A stretch of DNA of 54,301 nt, from NCBI GenBank assembly GCA_021463485.1, contig JAJTYJ010000004.1:1-54301 (forward strand), read 5' to 3'. This DNA is from a bacterium. Its GTDB lineage: Bacteria > Patescibacteriota > UBA1384 > 2-12-FULL-50-11. A model generated the notes under the pieces. The model did not search any database and was not told the DNA's origin. It saw only the letters and a program-made list of their open reading frames with translations. Position 1 is the stretch's first letter. Every line of letters begins with the position of its first letter. Below, piece after piece: positions 9,538-19,171 of the stretch. Position numbers and translations under genes: made by a program.

Positions 9538-10344
9538 ATGGTTGAGGTTGGCACGATTGCCGCGTTTATCTTCGGACTAGTGTTTGGCTCGTTTCTGAAC
9601 GTGGTGATTTATCGTTACGATCAATGGCTTTCAATTTTAAAAGATCGTTCTGCCTGTATGCATTGCAAACAACAACTTCGCTGGTACGATTTGGTACCGT
9701 TACTAAGTTACGTTACGCTCGGTGGCAAATGTCGGTATTGCCGTAAACCTATTTCGTGGCAATATCCCGTCGTCGAGTTATCCACAGCATTGTTAGTAGC
9801 TGTTTTTTATAGTCGAATCTTTGAGTCTGGCATTTTCACCCTGCCACTTGGTGTAATTGCGTTTATCGGTGCAATTGTAGCGGTCGGTGCGATGATTGTG
9901 ATTTTTGTCCACGATCTCTACGAGCAGATGGTTCCTGATCTAATGGCGTACTTACTCTTAGTTGGTGCCGTGCTGTTTTCTGTTGTGTATTACGATTCGC
10001 TCCTGAACACGGCGCTCGGCCTGCTAGTTGGTGTGACGCCGATCGCGCTGATCGTTTACCCAAGCAAGGGTAAATGGATGGGGGAGGGCGATGTTAAGAT
10101 CGCTGCGGCGCTTGGCGCCTTAGTTGGTTATCCGAATGCTTTTGTGTTTCTTGTCAGCACTTTTCTGGTTGGTGGTCTATTTGGCTCGCTGGCGATTGCT
10201 AGCAAACAAGCCAAGCTGAAAACAGCGATACCGTTTGTGCCGTTTATGATCGTCGGCGCATTAATCGCTTTTTTCTGGGGTGATCAGCTAGTTACCTGGT
10301 ATCTTGGGTTAATTGGCATTCCGACATACGTCATCGGGTCGTAG
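9538..10344 (+). CDS. pilD: prepilin peptidase / N-methyltransferase (A24 family)
   Basis: N-terminal CxxC...CxxC (CMHCKQ...CRYCRK), polytopic membrane protein with a GEGDVK catalytic Asp motif. Confidence 0.9.
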   Translation: MVEVGTIAAFIFGLVFGSFLNVVIYRYDQWLSILKDRSACMHCKQQLRWYDLVPLLSYVTLGGKCRYCRKPISWQYPVVELSTALLVAVFYSRIFESGIFTLPLGVIAFIGAIVAVGAMIVIFVHDLYEQMVPDLMAYLLLVGAVLFSVVYYDSLLNTALGLLVGVTPIALIVYPSKGKWMGEGDVKIAAALGALVGYPNAFVFLVSTFLVGGLFGSLAIASKQAKLKTAIPFVPFMIVGALIAFFWGDQLVTWYLGLIGIPTYVIGS

Positions 10345-10379
10345 TCAACAGATGAACAATTCGCTACGCTAGAAAGAAC

Positions 10380-11021
10380 ATGAGAGGGGATTTTAGACTG
10401 AAAGTTCGTCGAGGCTTTACTTTAATTGAGTTAGTTATATCAATGGCCATCATCGGTCTTTTAATTGCGCTCATAATTCCTGGTATCGATCGCTCGCTCT
10501 CGAAAAACAGTGTCGCAAACGACGCCGAGTTATTTAAAGCAAAGCTCGAAGAAGTACGTTTGCTGTCTGGCTCAACACAACAAATTGACGAGACGGGCGG
10601 AAATAGTGGTTCGCTTGGTGTTGATGACGTCGGTTATTACGCGATACTGCTCGATAACATTAATACCAACAACTATTTCTCGATCGTTCGTATTTCTTAT
10701 CCCGCTAACTCCACCACGGCTGCGTGCAGGCCGCTAGCCGCCAGAACACAAGCTCGGTTACAATCTGGTCCATGTTTTGTGCAACGTGTAACGTTTACTG
10801 CTAGGTCTCGGAAGATTTATGACCAAGATTCGTTCTTTATCGCGTTTAAGTCCCCTACACAGCAGCTTTTTCTGCTTGAAAGACCAGGAAACATCGGTAC
10901 CATCTGGCAGGAGCTGCCACCAATCTTTCCAGAAGATATTTTTCATTTGACTTACCAAGATAAAAGAGCAAAAGTTAAATTAGATGACTACACTGGGAGG
11001 GTACAGGTGGAGTATGAATAG
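10380..11021 (+). CDS. minor pilin / pseudopilin
   Basis: RRG/FTLIELVISMAIIGLLIALI prepilin-type N-terminus. Confidence 0.75.
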   Translation: MRGDFRLKVRRGFTLIELVISMAIIGLLIALIIPGIDRSLSKNSVANDAELFKAKLEEVRLLSGSTQQIDETGGNSGSLGVDDVGYYAILLDNINTNNYFSIVRISYPANSTTAACRPLAARTQARLQSGPCFVQRVTFTARSRKIYDQDSFFIAFKSPTQQLFLLERPGNIGTIWQELPPIFPEDIFHLTYQDKRAKVKLDDYTGRVQVEYE

Positions 11022-11802
11022 ATTGAAGCGAGCCTTCACGCTTTTAGAAGTATTAGTCGCTGGCGGCATACTTTTTGTTGTTTCCGCTGCTGTTGTTGGG
11101 TTGAGTAACTCTATAATCCAAGGAACCGTTATTAGTAGCGATACTACGGTAACAAACCGCTGGGCGGCTGAAGGTATCGAATTTGCCACGAAGATTCGTG
11201 ACGACAACTCAAGGATACAGGGCTTCTCCCAGGGACAACAGTATTGGTTTCACACACCAAATCTAACTTCAGATCGCTACGGCTGGCACTATTTAGTAGC
11301 CAACGCTGACGGGATTACTTGGAGATTACAGTCGTTGCCGACCGAATATAAAAATGTTCTGGAGTATAAAACGGCCACATTTGATCCAGCGCCGCTAACC
11401 GGTGATGAAATTCAAGCAGAGAATCTACGTGGCTACAGGTTTATCTGTGTAGAAGCAGTCGGTGCGATCCGAACTGCGAACCAAAATACGAATAAACTTC
11501 ACTGCAATACAAACGGCGACGATACGACAACCAAAATTGTCACGGACGGCCCACGTAACGCTGCGGCAACCACTTGCTATCAGGAAGCGCCAACTGTCGA
11601 TCAATTACGTTTCGATAGATATTGTTTGCTGACACAACCAAGCTTAAATCGCGAAGGCCTTGGTACTAACAGTCCGAAGTTAATTCTAGACGGCAACGCT
11701 GTGAAAGTTCGGTCGGTTGTGTTGTGGAACGATCGCGGCGAGTACCGCTTTACCGACATCGCAACGATGCTGACAAATTGGCGAAGCGTCGGCGATTTAT
11801 AA
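11014..11802 (+). CDS. minor pilin / pseudopilin
   Basis: MNRLKRA/FTLLEVLVAGGILFVV. SD GGTGGAG sits before the ATG at 11014. 8-nt overlap with the upstream gene. Confidence 0.7.
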   Translation: MNRLKRAFTLLEVLVAGGILFVVSAAVVGLSNSIIQGTVISSDTTVTNRWAAEGIEFATKIRDDNSRIQGFSQGQQYWFHTPNLTSDRYGWHYLVANADGITWRLQSLPTEYKNVLEYKTATFDPAPLTGDEIQAENLRGYRFICVEAVGAIRTANQNTNKLHCNTNGDDTTTKIVTDGPRNAAATTCYQEAPTVDQLRFDRYCLLTQPSLNREGLGTNSPKLILDGNAVKVRSVVLWNDRGEYRFTDIATMLTNWRSVGDL

Positions 11803-11805
11803 TCT

Positions 11806-12492
11806 ATGCAAGAGAAACGAAACGGCTTCACGTTACTGGAGTTATTGGTCGCGGTCGCGATCTTTTCTGGCCTAGCAATCTTGACGCTAGGTATCTTTGC
11901 CCGAAGCGCCGCTTCGTCGCTTAAAAGCGGAGAGACACGTCGCCGGACAGAAGTTGCGCGCTCAGTTATCGATCGAGTTACTAACGATCTTCGATACGTT
12001 TACACCAACGAATTAATTACGAACGAACAAGGTCAGGGTAACTGTGTTCAAGCTGGCGGCGAATTCGTCGGTTACGATTTTAGTGACAGTTGTTTAAAAA
12101 TTGTGTTGAAATATCCACGCTCGACCGATTATGTTTACAAGGTTTTTAATGTTGAGCCAACAGGTGACGTAACCCTAAGAGAACATCGGGGCTGTACGAT
12201 CCGAACTCAGGGTAACTCCCGGGTGTTGAGCTGTTCAGAGTCGTCACCAGCGGTGTCAATTCTTTCTAACGGATATAAGGTAGAGACTGGTTTAATTGGT
12301 ACCCCATTTTTCTCTGGGAGTAATCCTAAAGATGCCACAACCCCAACTCCTCCGACAGTTCCTCACTCGCCGTTCATACGTTTGTCGTTTACCTTTAAGC
12401 CAATCGATATCACAACGATTTGTACTAGCGCAGAAGTCCGAGCGAAGTGTTATAGTGTTAGTACAACAATCACAACAGGTGGATCGCGATGA
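11806..12492 (+). CDS. minor pilin / pseudopilin
   Basis: MQEKRNG/FTLLELLVAVAIFSGL prepilin-type N-terminus. Confidence 0.75.
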   Translation: MQEKRNGFTLLELLVAVAIFSGLAILTLGIFARSAASSLKSGETRRRTEVARSVIDRVTNDLRYVYTNELITNEQGQGNCVQAGGEFVGYDFSDSCLKIVLKYPRSTDYVYKVFNVEPTGDVTLREHRGCTIRTQGNSRVLSCSESSPAVSILSNGYKVETGLIGTPFFSGSNPKDATTPTPPTVPHSPFIRLSFTFKPIDITTICTSAEVRAKCYSVSTTITTGGSR

Positions 12493-13415
12493 GGGGAATA
12501 ATAAAACAACAAAAAACCGGTAGTAGCATCTTGATGGTTCTATTAATCATTAGCGGTGTTTTGGTGGTAGTATTTGCCGCCCAGCGCATTAGTTTGGTGC
12601 AGTTCAGCCAATCTTCTCGCGAAGAAGATAATATTCTAGCCTACTACGCCGCTAAAGCGGGGATCGAAGATGGCTTGGCTAGATATCGGTTTAACCGTGA
12701 CGTACAGACGTTGAGCGGTAAGGCTTTTCGTTACGGTATAACAAGCGCAAGGTATCCGCAGACTGCCACATTCGAGGTAGATAACAACGAAGATCTCTCG
12801 AGTACTACTGGCTTGAATTACGACCCGAAAGAACAGTATTACGATTTAGAAGTTAAGTACAAAGTACCAAGCATCGGTATCGCTACTAATGGTACTCTCG
12901 ACTGGGCTTCGGCCAAAACAGCGACGAAAGATACTGCGGTAGAACTGACAGGATTTGAGGATAGGGTTGATAGCTTACCGTATTATCTGCGACACGCCTT
13001 CCAGTTTCAGTGTAGCGATAATCGAGCGTTCATTCAGTTAGAGCAGATCACCGAAAGCGGACAAGTTTTAACGCAAAAACAGGTTCGTTGGGGTGGCAAC
13101 CCAATTTACGACTCAATGGGGGTTAATGAAAACTGGGATATAAAAACCACAAACGACATTACAACCACATTGCGATTCCGACCGTATTTCTGCGATGTTA
13201 AGTTTGCTTTAATTACTTCCACCACTACTAGCGGTAGCGGCGTCGGTACAACTCGCGGACCGGAAATCGATTCGTTGACAACCGTTGTTACCGCAACCGG
13301 GTATTACGGATCGAGTAAACGAACATTGGTGGCAGAAGTTAATAGAATTAGTGGCGCGTTAATCGGAATTTACGACTATAACCTCTACGCAGGTGGCGGT
13401 AACGTTAGTCGATAG
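12489..13415 (+). CDS. PilX-like pilus-associated protein
   Basis: N-terminal hydrophobic anchor GSSILMVLLIISGVLVVVFA without the G/F cleavage motif. Last gene of the minor-pilin set, with a 4-nt overlap. Confidence 0.5.
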   Translation: MRGIIKQQKTGSSILMVLLIISGVLVVVFAAQRISLVQFSQSSREEDNILAYYAAKAGIEDGLARYRFNRDVQTLSGKAFRYGITSARYPQTATFEVDNNEDLSSTTGLNYDPKEQYYDLEVKYKVPSIGIATNGTLDWASAKTATKDTAVELTGFEDRVDSLPYYLRHAFQFQCSDNRAFIQLEQITESGQVLTQKQVRWGGNPIYDSMGVNENWDIKTTNDITTTLRFRPYFCDVKFALITSTTTSGSGVGTTRGPEIDSLTTVVTATGYYGSSKRTLVAEVNRISGALIGIYDYNLYAGGGNVSR

Positions 13416-13459
13416 TCGCTTCTAGACGTATTAGATAATAAACCGTATATTGCACTTAG

Positions 13460-13882
13460 ATGCGATCTATTTCTATACACACCGACGGGGCTTCGCGAGG
13501 CAACCCCGGCCCCGCAGCGATCGCTTACACGATCCAAGGGCTGAAGGAATTACTGGTTGAGCGCTTTGAAAGTATCGGTAAAACAACAAACAATCAGGCA
13601 GAGTATCGGGCAATGGTCGCTGCGCTTGAGTATTTGATTACAAATAATATTAGCGACTCAACGATCCAGTGTTACTCCGATAGCGAATTAATGGTGAAAC
13701 AGATTCAGGGTGTTTATAAGGTAAAAGATGCGCTTCTTAAGCCGCATTACGAGAAGATTCTTGGCTACATCAACCAACTCCAAAAAAGTGGTAATACGAT
13801 CGAATTTAACGCCGTAAGACGCGAGGCGAACCGACGAGCCGATTATTTAGCTAATTGCGCGCTCGACAACGTTCTTCCGTAA
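13460..13882 (+). CDS. rnhA: ribonuclease HI
   Basis: HTDGASRGNPGPAA, NNQAEYRA, SDSELMVKQ and RRADYLAN motifs of type 1 RNase H. Confidence 0.85.
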   Translation: MRSISIHTDGASRGNPGPAAIAYTIQGLKELLVERFESIGKTTNNQAEYRAMVAALEYLITNNISDSTIQCYSDSELMVKQIQGVYKVKDALLKPHYEKILGYINQLQKSGNTIEFNAVRREANRRADYLANCALDNVLP

Positions 13883-13897
13883 GGTTACTACAGTAGT

Positions 13898-15010
13898 ATG
13901 CGTAGGTTTTGGAGTCTACCAATCGAGTGGTTTGTATTGTTGGTTCCGATTGTTCTAACAGTCACCGGAATTATAACTATCTACACGATTACATTTCATC
14001 AATACGGCAATCGTTTGGCGATCGATCAAGGAGTATTTGCCCTCGTAGCCATATTGGCGATGGTTGTAATGATGTCGATCGACTATCGAGCCCTACGCTC
14101 ATTTAACGTTTTGCTCTTTGTGATTGGCATCCTACTTCTTATACCGCTATTACCGTTTCTAGCACCGAGTCTTCCATTTGTTCTAAAAGTCTTTGGTGCG
14201 TATCGATGGTTAGATTTTGGTTTCTTTCAGCTCCAGCCCTCGGAGATTTTTAAATTAATCGGCGCAATTACGGGCGCGGCATTTTTAGCCCAACATATCG
14301 GCGTAATGGGTTGGAGACGGATTGTTGGTTTTTTACTTATCGCAGCTGTGCCAGTTAGTTTAGTGATGCTGCAGCCGGATCTTGGTACGGCCTCAGTGTT
14401 GTTGATAGTCTTTTTATCGATTTTTCTTGCAGCAAAACCGTCACGCAGGATATTAGCGCTACTTGCCGGTATTATCGTAGTGGCGCTGCCGATACTTTTT
14501 TTCAATTTGCAGCCGTATCAGCGGCAACGGGTTGAGACATTTCTTAATCCGATGAGCGACCCGTTGGGCGAAGGCTACAACGTTCGACAGTCACTCATCG
14601 CGGTCGGTAGTGGCGGCTTATTTGGCCGAGGTTTCGGTCAGGGATCTCAAACAGTTTTGAATTTTTTGCCGGTCGCTCACGCCGATTTTATTTTCGCTGG
14701 TTTTGCCGAAGCAACCGGCTTTGTCGGGTCGGTGTTAGCTGTTAGTTTGTATACCCTGTTAATTTTTCGAATCTTGGCCGTTGCCCGTGAAGCGGATGAT
14801 CCGTTTGCGCAATTACTTTGTATTGGAATCGCTGCCAAGTTCTTTTTTCAGGGATTCGTTCACATCTCTATGAATATCGGTTTACTGCCGGTAACTGGTA
14901 TACCGCTGCCGTTTATGTCGTACGGCGGTACGGCATTAATTGTAGATTTCGCAGCGATCGGAATTGTGGAGAGTATCGCAATTCGGCATAAAAAAATCCT
15001 TTTTCACTAA
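13898..15010 (+). CDS. SEDS-family peptidoglycan polymerase (FtsW/RodA)
   Basis: About 10 TM segments with QPSEIFK, DLGTA, FIFAGFAEATGF and PLPFMSYGGT motifs. Confidence 0.9.
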   Translation: MRRFWSLPIEWFVLLVPIVLTVTGIITIYTITFHQYGNRLAIDQGVFALVAILAMVVMMSIDYRALRSFNVLLFVIGILLLIPLLPFLAPSLPFVLKVFGAYRWLDFGFFQLQPSEIFKLIGAITGAAFLAQHIGVMGWRRIVGFLLIAAVPVSLVMLQPDLGTASVLLIVFLSIFLAAKPSRRILALLAGIIVVALPILFFNLQPYQRQRVETFLNPMSDPLGEGYNVRQSLIAVGSGGLFGRGFGQGSQTVLNFLPVAHADFIFAGFAEATGFVGSVLAVSLYTLLIFRILAVAREADDPFAQLLCIGIAAKFFFQGFVHISMNIGLLPVTGIPLPFMSYGGTALIVDFAAIGIVESIAIRHKKILFH

Positions 15011-15023
15011 TTGGTTCGTTGCA

Positions 15024-15052
15024 TTGACGTAATAGGGTATTTTTCGTACAAT
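15024..15052 (+). promoter_or_regulatory. sigma70-like promoter of the rplU-secE-nusG-rplK operon
   Basis: TTGACG(15024-15029), 17-nt spacer, TACAAT(15047-15052). Confidence 0.6.
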
Positions 15053-15075
15053 ATAATCCGTTAATTATAAAAAGT

Positions 15076-15426
15076 ATGAGCAATTCCGAACACAAATTGG
15101 CAGTTGTAACAGCCGGCGGCAAACAGCACGTTGTTCGTGCTGGTAAAAAAATTACTGTTAACCAAGTTGCCGATAAAGAGGGCGCGACAATTTCTCTGAA
15201 GGATCAGTTAAGCAATCAACAGATTCAGCTTAAAGTTTTGCGACATTTCTTAGGCGAAAAAGTAAGCGGCTTAAAGTTTAAAAATAAGGTTCGTTATTTA
15301 AAGCGCTACGGTCATAGGCAGCAGCTCTCCGAGCTTGAAGTTGTAGCGATCGGTGCCGTTGCTAAGACAGAAACGAAGAAGCCTGTGGCTAAAGCTAAGA
15401 CCACAAAAAAGGTGAAGAATGGTTAA
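15076..15426 (+). CDS. rplU: 50S ribosomal protein L21 with a Lys-rich tail
   Basis: LAVVTAGGKQHVVRAGKKITV is an L21 N-terminal signature. Confidence 0.8.
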   Translation: MSNSEHKLAVVTAGGKQHVVRAGKKITVNQVADKEGATISLKDQLSNQQIQLKVLRHFLGEKVSGLKFKNKVRYLKRYGHRQQLSELEVVAIGAVAKTETKKPVAKAKTTKKVKNG

Positions 15427-15607
15427 AGTACCAGGAGTCGCATTCGTTGGATCGCTTATCGAAGAAGCGCGAAAGGTAATTTGGCCGAAGCGCGAGACAG
15501 TTATCCGCCATACCTTAATGGTTCTTTTGAGTGTAGCTGTAGCTACTGTAATTTTCGGCGCCTTTGATTTGGGTTTACAAAAACTAGTGTTATTGGCGGT
15601 TAAATAA
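15419..15607 (+). CDS. secE: preprotein translocase subunit SecE
   Basis: 62 aa with KVIWPKRETVIRHT followed by a single TM. Lies immediately upstream of nusG. Confidence 0.8.
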   Translation: MVKVPGVAFVGSLIEEARKVIWPKRETVIRHTLMVLLSVAVATVIFGAFDLGLQKLVLLAVK

Positions 15608-16182
15608 TGAGCGATACTATCGATTCAATCCCAGAGACACAAGAGCGACGCCAAAGTGGCGAAGCTGGTTGGTACGTAATTCACACTTATGCTGGATACG
15701 AGGATCAAGTCGCTGAGAATCTAAAGCAACGCGCGGCTACTTTAAAGCTGCAAGACTATATTTTTGAAGTGATTGTACCGAAAGAAAAGCAGGTTGAGAT
15801 TAAGAACGGCAAGCGCAAAACTGTCGAGAAGCGTAGCTTCCCGGGATACGTTTTCGTTCACATGATTGTTACCGATGAGTCTTGGTACGTCGTCCGAAAT
15901 ACCCCGAGCGTAACAGGATTTTTGGGTAGTGGTATCCGACCGACGCCAATTCCTGAATCGGAAGTAGTAGCAATTAAGGCAAAAATGGCAAAAGACGAGC
16001 CGGAGCATACCGTCGATCTAGCGAAAGACGATCTTGTTCGCATTAGCGATGGTCCACTTAAGGGCTACGAAGGCAAAATTACCGAAGTTGATCCAGAAAA
16101 AGGCAAGATTAAAGTTTCTGTTTCGATGTTCGGCCGCGAAACTCCGGTTAACCTCGATTTTCTCCAAGTTAAAAAAATCTAA
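15607..16182 (+). CDS. nusG: transcription termination/antitermination factor NusG
   Basis: WYVIHTYAGYE NGN domain and a C-terminal KOW (GPLKGYEGKITEV). Confidence 0.9.
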   Translation: MSDTIDSIPETQERRQSGEAGWYVIHTYAGYEDQVAENLKQRAATLKLQDYIFEVIVPKEKQVEIKNGKRKTVEKRSFPGYVFVHMIVTDESWYVVRNTPSVTGFLGSGIRPTPIPESEVVAIKAKMAKDEPEHTVDLAKDDLVRISDGPLKGYEGKITEVDPEKGKIKVSVSMFGRETPVNLDFLQVKKI

Positions 16183-16190
16183 TTAAATAA

Positions 16191-16616
16191 ATGGCAAAGA
16201 AAGTAAAAACAATTATTAAACTTCAAGCACCAGCCGGTAAGGCGACGCCTGGTCAACAAATCGGTACTGCTCTTGGTCCGCACGGCGTTAATATGATGGA
16301 TTTCATCACTCAGTTTAACGAGCAAACTCGGGCGATGGGTGATACGATCGTTCCAGTTGAGATCTCAATTTACGAAGATCGAACGTTTAGCTTTATTACT
16401 AAAACTCCGCCGGCAGCGATTCAACTACTAAAAGCAGCTGGTTTAGAAAAAGGTTCGCAGACACCGCGTAAAGAAAAGGTTGGCAAAGTTACTAAAGCTC
16501 AGATTGCAGCAATCGCTGAGAACAAACTTACAGACTTAAACGCTCGCACCGTCGAACAAGCTTCAAAAATTATTGAAGGTACTGCCCGCTCGATGGGTAT
16601 TGAAGTCGAGAAGTAA
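16191..16616 (+). CDS. rplK: 50S ribosomal protein L11
   Basis: [26 protein letters not shown] and ITKTPPAA motifs. Confidence 0.95.
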   Translation: MAKKVKTIIKLQAPAGKATPGQQIGTALGPHGVNMMDFITQFNEQTRAMGDTIVPVEISIYEDRTFSFITKTPPAAIQLLKAAGLEKGSQTPRKEKVGKVTKAQIAAIAENKLTDLNARTVEQASKIIEGTARSMGIEVEK

Positions 16617-16628
16617 AAACACCCTAGC

Positions 16629-17870
16629 TCAGTAGCTAACCTCTAAATTGCCTTCAGAAGTAAGTATGAGGATCTTTGGTGGTTGCGAGAATATCTCAGC
16701 GCCAACTTCTTGTATTTCTTTTTTCGTAATTGATTCAAATTGTTTCTTAGTCTGCAGTGGCTCGATAATTTTTCCTAAGCTTAATAAATCAAATGCGTAT
16801 GCCCCAGTTCGCATTTCGTTTAGTTCGTAATTGAATAGCTCGTCTGAAGAAGCGATCCTGATTCCGCGGTCGAGTTCTTCGTCGCTTACATACTCATCTG
16901 AAATTTTTTCAACTTCTTCCTTAATTATTTTTAATGCCTTACTAAGCCTTCCGTTGTCTACAGCAGTGGTGATACTTGTCATCCCCCCGAAACCAGCCGA
17001 AGTATAAAAACCACGGAGAGAATAAATCATCGCTTCTTGTATTCGTAACCGAGTATATAATCGAGATGAAAAACCTCTGGTTAGTATTCGCATCATTACT
17101 TGAGCACTATATTTCTTGTCGTTATCAACAGTGAAACCGGGGTAGCTGATAAACAAGTGACATTGTTTAATGCTCGTTCTCTGTTCTATTACCACAGACC
17201 TTTCCTGATTGATGATGGCATTAAGTAACTTCTGTGGTGTTCCCGGGGGCATTGCACTAAAGTATTTCTCAGCCAATGCCTGGACTTGATCGACATCGAC
17301 GTTACCACTAACAACAAGGACAAAGTTGCTCGCAACATAATATTCTTGCCAGAATTCTCGTAACTGTTGTGCTTGGAGCCTCCGAACATCATTCACGTCA
17401 CCTGTGGTGAAGCGGCCGAGCGGTGAGCTTGGGTATAGTTGTGCAAAAATTTTTCTGGGCAAGTAAAGCGATGGGTCGTCCTTAAAACGATTTATTTCTT
17501 GTTCGATAATTGTTTTTTCACGTTCAAAGTCGTGGTCACGCAGTAAGGGATTTATCAGCATTTCACTTAAATAGATAAAGCTTGACTCAATTTCATCAGG
17601 TAGCGATTTAACGAAATAACGAGCGTAGTCTTTATTGGTCATACCATTTCCACGACTGCCCCTATCTCTAATAATCGAATCAAATTGGGTAATTTCTGGA
17701 TAATTTTTAGTACCATCAAACAGTAAGTGTTCAAGAAAGTGAGCGGCGCCAGCCTTCTTCCCCTCGTAACCGCTTCCAGCTAATCCACATATCTCAACAC
17801 TAACCGATTGATCTTCTGCGCTCGGCATTATACATACTCGAAGACCGTTGCTAAGCTTAAAATTGTTCAT
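16629..17870 (-). CDS. M16 (pitrilysin/insulinase) family zinc peptidase
   Basis: Inverted zincin motif HFLEHLLFDGT near the N-terminus. 413 aa. Confidence 0.85.
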   Translation of the reverse strand: MNNFKLSNGLRVCIMPSAEDQSVSVEICGLAGSGYEGKKAGAAHFLEHLLFDGTKNYPEITQFDSIIRDRGSRGNGMTNKDYARYFVKSLPDEIESSFIYLSEMLINPLLRDHDFEREKTIIEQEINRFKDDPSLYLPRKIFAQLYPSSPLGRFTTGDVNDVRRLQAQQLREFWQEYYVASNFVLVVSGNVDVDQVQALAEKYFSAMPPGTPQKLLNAIINQERSVVIEQRTSIKQCHLFISYPGFTVDNDKKYSAQVMMRILTRGFSSRLYTRLRIQEAMIYSLRGFYTSAGFGGMTSITTAVDNGRLSKALKIIKEEVEKISDEYVSDEELDRGIRIASSDELFNYELNEMRTGAYAFDLLSLGKIIEPLQTKKQFESITKKEIQEVGAEIFSQPPKILILTSEGNLEVSY

Positions 17871-17895
17871 ACTCGTACTCTAGCACCGGATACGG

Positions 17896-17920
17896 AAAAA
17901 GCCATCGCTTGCGCGATGGC
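17896..17920 (-). terminator. intrinsic terminator lying upstream of the M16 peptidase start codon
   Basis: GCCATCGC(17901-08)-TTGC-GCGATGGC(17913-20). On the minus strand it is followed by U5 (A-run 17896-17900). Confidence 0.65.
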
Positions 17921-18066
17921 CTTTCCCTTACCCCTCATCACTCTCGACACCTGCGAATGCAATTTTTCCCGACCGAAATTTATAGGGCCAGGGGTGCCGT
18001 AGCGAAGAAGGCAGCGGAGCTACTAACGTAACGCCGGTGTCTTCTGTCGAGTTAGACTCGACAAGT
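17896..18066 (-). ncRNA. candidate ~170-nt leader or small RNA, family unknown
   Basis: Bounded by a near-consensus promoter and the terminator above. Long-range helix GACACCGGCG/CGCAGGTGTC (one mismatch) plus local hairpins. No ORF. Confidence 0.4.
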
Positions 18067-18072
18067 TCGGAT

Positions 18073-18101
18073 AAATTACCATACGCTAATAACAATGTCA
18101 A
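18073..18101 (-). promoter_or_regulatory. near-consensus sigma70 promoter on the minus strand, overlapping the dprA start
   Basis: Minus strand reads TTGACA(18101-18096), 17-nt spacer, TAATTT(18078-18073), with TGG immediately upstream. Confidence 0.55.
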
Positions 18102-19171
18102 CAACCCCACGCTTCTTTTTGGGGATTACTGAGTCTGAAATACTATCTTTAGCAGCGATTGAAGCGATCGGACCGATTGCGTGGCATAAAACATACGAGC
18201 AGTATCAAACACTTCGGGAGGCGCTCGACGACAACGGTCAAAAAGTGCTAACTAGTACGCAATCGGCGGCGCTCAAGAGTCGGAAACTTGATCAAAAAAG
18301 CGAGCTAGGTTGTTTAAAAAAGTACGGTATCGGTATTATCCTCCTAGGTAGCCGGCAGTACCCGAAACTATTATCCGAGATACCGGATCCGCCGCTCTGG
18401 TTGTTTTACCGAGGGGATTTATCGGCGCTGCAACGACCAATAATATCTGTAGTCGGCAGCCGTAAATGTTCAACGTACGGCACTAGCGTTATTGAGACGC
18501 TCTTCCCGTCGTCGTTGCTCTCGAAGTTGACGACGGTTTCCGGCCTAGCCTACGGAATCGATAAAAAAATACACGAGCGCTCCTTGGATTCAGGAGGCCA
18601 GACAGTAGCAGTTATGGCCGGCGGCTTAGACGAGATTTATCCAATCGACCACACCCAACTAGCAACAAATATTATCGCGAGAAGCGGCCTATTACTAAGC
18701 GAGTACCCTCCGTTGTCTCGACCGAAAGGCTACAGATTTCCGATACGAAATCGTATTATCGCTGGGTTATCGCGCGTTACAGTTGTTGTTGAAGCGATAA
18801 TAAAATCTGGTTCGCTCACAACCGCAAAAAGCGCGATCGATTATAATCGTGATCTTATGGCGGTGCCGGGAGATATTACACGCAGCAGCGCAGCTGGTAC
18901 TAATTTGTTAATACAGCACGGGGCTACAGCCCTAGTTAATGCTGATCAATTATTTGAATATTTCGACTTGGAGCGCTCAGAGGTTGTTGATAGTAGTCTT
19001 GACAGTGAGTTACGCCAGGTTCTAGACTTACTCATTCAGGACCCAAAAAATATTGAGCAGTTAGCGGTTGTAGTTAATAAGCCGATTGAGGTAGTCTTAG
19101 GATTGGTAACTCAGCTTGAGCTGCTCGATCGAGTATATCAGCCGAAACCGGGATACTATCTTCGAAAATAA
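18095..19171 (+). CDS. dprA: DNA-processing protein DprA (Smf)
   Basis: GLAYGIDKKIHE, VAVMAGGLDEIYP and IAGLSRVTVVVEA motifs. Confidence 0.9.
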   Translation: MSTTPRFFLGITESEILSLAAIEAIGPIAWHKTYEQYQTLREALDDNGQKVLTSTQSAALKSRKLDQKSELGCLKKYGIGIILLGSRQYPKLLSEIPDPPLWLFYRGDLSALQRPIISVVGSRKCSTYGTSVIETLFPSSLLSKLTTVSGLAYGIDKKIHERSLDSGGQTVAVMAGGLDEIYPIDHTQLATNIIARSGLLLSEYPPLSRPKGYRFPIRNRIIAGLSRVTVVVEAIIKSGSLTTAKSAIDYNRDLMAVPGDITRSSAAGTNLLIQHGATALVNADQLFEYFDLERSEVVDSSLDSELRQVLDLLIQDPKNIEQLAVVVNKPIEVVLGLVTQLELLDRVYQPKPGYYLRK

